A DNA stretch of 64,000 nucleotides from Deltaproteobacteria bacterium (GTDB taxonomy: Bacteria; Myxococcota_A; UBA9160; SMWR01): NCBI GenBank assembly GCA_032128375.1, contig JAQBGU010000188.1:1-64000 (forward strand), written 5' to 3'. How positions within the stretch are numbered: the first letter of the stretch is position 1; each line of letters begins with the position of its first letter. Below the pieces are notes generated by a model, which saw only the letters and a program-made list of their open reading frames with translations, had not been told where the DNA came from and did no database searches. This document shows, in pieces, positions 61,518-64,000 of the stretch. Both the position numbers and the translations under genes were made by a program.

Positions 61518-62012
61518 TCAGTAGAGCTTCACGTCTCTATCGAGCACGGTCATCCGCTCGGCGCGCTCAGCATTGCGAATCGCATCATCACAGGCGCGTC
61601 GGACGATTTCCGATAGAGGAGCCAGGATCCGGTCGGATGTTTTGAAACCAGATTTCGCTCGGATGTATTCCTTCAACCGGCTCGCAACAATGAGGATCTC
61701 TGTCGGCACGTCTGCGTCTCGTGTCGGTGGGGGTGTCTCGCGACCAATCCGCCTCGTGCCGGTGCTTGCCTTCGCGATTTCCCGGACCGGCGGTTCGGGC
61801 ACCGCGGCAGTCTTGGGTGCTTGCTGCTCTTCCGCCCAGGACTCTCGGTGATTCGCGCCGGGAAGATGCACCTCCCAGCACGTCACGCTGCAAAACTGCA
61901 ACGCAGTTCGCTTTCGATTGCACGTCGAGACGTTGCACGTCCAATAGGTCGTACCGAGCTCGATCGGGTTCTTGCAGGCGCTACAGCGTCTCCACAGGTT
62001 GACTTCTTGCAC
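61518..62012 (-). CDS. Bacterial histone-fold protein with N-terminal ZZ-like zinc finger
   Basis: CSAC...CNVSTC...CSVTC...H...H, a linker, then EILIVASRLKEYIR...TSDR...LSEIVRRACDDAIRNAERAERMTVLDRD. Strong GAGGAGGT RBS before the GTG. Confidence 0.85.
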   Translation of the reverse strand: MQEVNLWRRCSACKNPIELGTTYWTCNVSTCNRKRTALQFCSVTCWEVHLPGANHRESWAEEQQAPKTAAVPEPPVREIAKASTGTRRIGRETPPPTRDADVPTEILIVASRLKEYIRAKSGFKTSDRILAPLSEIVRRACDDAIRNAERAERMTVLDRDVKLY

Positions 62013-62117
62013 CCAACACCTCCTCGGAGCGGGAGATTAGCTGAGCTTCGCCCTGCCCTCATGGTCACCTTTTGGTTCATCTGCGCAACGCCGGCAACGG
62101 AAGCAGCCATCCCCACG

Positions 62118-62340
62118 ATGGCGTACGACGAAGGACTCGCACAGCGAATCCGTAAAGCCCTCGACGACCGACCGGGGATCGCCGAACGCAAGATGTTCGG
62201 GGGCCTGTGCTTCGGGCTGAACGGCAACATGGCGTGCGGAGTCACAGGTGACGAACTGATGGTTCGCGTCGGTCCCGATGGGCACGCAGACGCACTGAAA
62301 AGGCCGCACGCGTGCAAAAGGGATTTCACCGGCCGGCCCT
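62118..62340 (+). pseudogene. Truncated TfoX N-terminal domain protein
   Basis: MAYDEGLAQRIR...ERKMFGGLCF...GNMACG...LMVRVG...DFTGRP, then the frame runs into the MMPL 3' end. Confidence 0.75.
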
Positions 62341-64000
62341 ACCTCTGCTCGTCGGCTCGGCGCCGATCGATTCCGCCGGGCTTCAAAATCGAGTAGAAGG
62401 CCGGAACGACAGTGATCGCGCCCAGCATGTTGATCACCATGAGTACGATCAGCAGCTGCGCCATCTCCGCCTGGAAACGCAGGCTCGAGAAGACCCACAG
62501 AACGATGCCGCCGATCACCGTGGTCGCGGTGAATGTGACAGCGGTCCCGGTGGTACTGACCGCGGTTCGGATCGCGTCGTCGACCGCCAGGCCACGGGCG
62601 CATTCCTGACGGATCCGGTCCACGATGTAGATCGCATAGTCGACCCCAATTCCAACTCCGACAGCCTGAACCGGCAGCGTATTGATGTTGAGGCCGACTT
62701 CGCGAGCGGCCATATACGCGAGCGACACCAGCGTCGCGGTCGCAATCTGCAACAGGATGATTCCCCCGCTGACAGCGGATCGGTAGGTGATCGAGTGCAG
62801 TACGAAGATCACCGCAAAGATCAGCGAAATATTCGCAAGGTGACCGCGCTCGACTTCGTCGTTGATCGCCGACAGCATCCCGATGATTCCACCAGCCAGT
62901 ACCCACTGGACGCCGCGTGTGAAGGACTGCGTGGGTTGATAGGTAGGAACCGCTCCGGGAGATCGCTGGTCGTGCACAATCAGCGAGTTGTCGCCCACGG
63001 CCACCGCGCGCAGACTCAATTCTTCGCTTTCCCACCACTGGTCGACATCGGCCGGTTCCCAATCCTGTAGCTGAGCGGGCCAGGTGAACACGCGACCATT
63101 GATAGCGTCGCCCTGGGCGTCGTCGTACGCGTCGAGCGCTTCTTCGTGGAAGGATTCCAGCCACTCGGGCAGGCCGTCTTGTTCCGCGACCCGTACAGCG
63201 ACATCTTCGTACTCCCCTTCGTCGGTGCGCAGCTTGACATTCAGCGTGTGGCCCCGGGTCGGCAGCAATGGCCCGATCACGTAGTACAAGAAGTCCTTCA
63301 GACGTTCTGCATCCAGGAAAAAACGGCTGGGATCACCCCGCTTCTCGTCCAGCCGAATCGACACGACCCCCATCGGATGATCATCAATGAAGCGCTGCGC
63401 ACTGCCGATCGCGCGACGAATCGTTTCGCCTGTGTGGTCCGGGTAGAACACGGTCAGTGACGCGGCTCGCCCGTCGTCGGTGATCAATGGGCGCAGCGTT
63501 CCCGGCGGACTTCCCTGCCGCGCCTGAAAAATAATGACACGGGTCAGCGTTCCCGGCGGAATCATCGCGAAGCGCGGATCGTTGTAGTTCAGGGTTCGAC
63601 TAACGGTCTTGACGAGGTCGATCAGCGAAAACGACCGGGACGAACCCGATGTGATCCGAAGCTCTCGATCGAGTTCCTCCATTTGGTGCAGTACGGCCGG
63701 GTCTTCCACGACGTTATTGCGATCGCCATCCGCATAGATCACCAGCGTATCGGCGCCGCCAAAGTGCTCGCCGATACGCGCGACCGCGACGTTGACCGGA
63801 TGGTCGGGCCAGAACAGCGACGTCCCGGGGCGCGACTCTCCGATCACCGAATGGAACAATACGATGTAGGATGCGCCGATGAAGATCAGCAGCGTGCCGA
63901 ACGCGATGACCCAGCGGCCCGTCGCGTGCGTAGCCGCGCTACCGAGCGCCCGCGTAAAGCGAAGTACGATCGATGGGGTGTAGTGGCGCGACTCACGGGG
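62339..64000 (-). CDS. MMPL/RND family transporter, C-terminal part (5' end outside window)
   Basis: Frame open to the window edge; LAGGIIG, LNINTLPV, VGVGIGVDYAIY, TTGTAV, LRFQAEMA. Confidence 0.9.
   Translation of the reverse strand, partial: PRESRHYTPSIVLRFTRALGSAATHATGRWVIAFGTLLIFIGASYIVLFHSVIGESRPGTSLFWPDHPVNVAVARIGEHFGGADTLVIYADGDRNNVVEDPAVLHQMEELDRELRITSGSSRSFSLIDLVKTVSRTLNYNDPRFAMIPPGTLTRVIIFQARQGSPPGTLRPLITDDGRAASLTVFYPDHTGETIRRAIGSAQRFIDDHPMGVVSIRLDEKRGDPSRFFLDAERLKDFLYYVIGPLLPTRGHTLNVKLRTDEGEYEDVAVRVAEQDGLPEWLESFHEEALDAYDDAQGDAINGRVFTWPAQLQDWEPADVDQWWESEELSLRAVAVGDNSLIVHDQRSPGAVPTYQPTQSFTRGVQWVLAGGIIGMLSAINDEVERGHLANISLIFAVIFVLHSITYRSAVSGGIILLQIATATLVSLAYMAAREVGLNINTLPVQAVGVGIGVDYAIYIVDRIRQECARGLAVDDAIRTAVSTTGTAVTFTATTVIGGIVLWVFSSLRFQAEMAQLLIVLMVINMLGAITVVPAFYSILKPGGIDRRRADEQR

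Noticed and set aside
1..64000. Prophage, IS, integrase, defence system, tRNA/rRNA, and the many antisense ORFs in the track
   Set aside because: I recognised no supporting motifs. The antisense and alternate-frame ORFs overlap well-supported genes and are expected at this GC content.

Overview
GC-rich bacterial window. The gene content (membrane-anchored sulfatase, zinc-finger histone, MMPL) suggests a Myxococcota/deltaproteobacterium-like organism, but that is inference. About 1-50 kb is a large mosaic surface-polysaccharide locus. It encodes a Wzx flippase, a Wzy-like polymerase/ligase, five GT4s, a GT-C protein, UDP-GlcA decarboxylase, GalE, WbpB/WbpD/WbpE-like enzymes and an AlgD-like dehydrogenase. 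Its tailoring set is unusually rich: a GNAT + DltA-like adenylation enzyme + carrier protein + two methyltransferases in one operon with the flippase, two MBOATs ending in F-x-Y-F-Q-F with SGNH-like partners, sulfotransferase, sulfatase, carbamoyltransferase, CMAH-like MBL protein, heparinase II/III, GMC oxidoreductase with a Tat partner, and a 1105-aa secreted multidomain protein. A decayed duplicate of the first 2.4 kb sits at 11.6-12.3 kb. About 50-64 kb holds housekeeping and accessory genes (SDR, lysA, lspA, ferredoxin, GFA, MMPL), many gene remnants, an AhpD-like CxxU candidate selenoprotein remnant with a SECIS-like hairpin, an H1-like Lys-rich protein and a zinc-finger + histone-fold protein. 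I found no rRNA, tRNA, CRISPR array, transposase or integrase. All calls come from motif recognition by eye; no searches were run.
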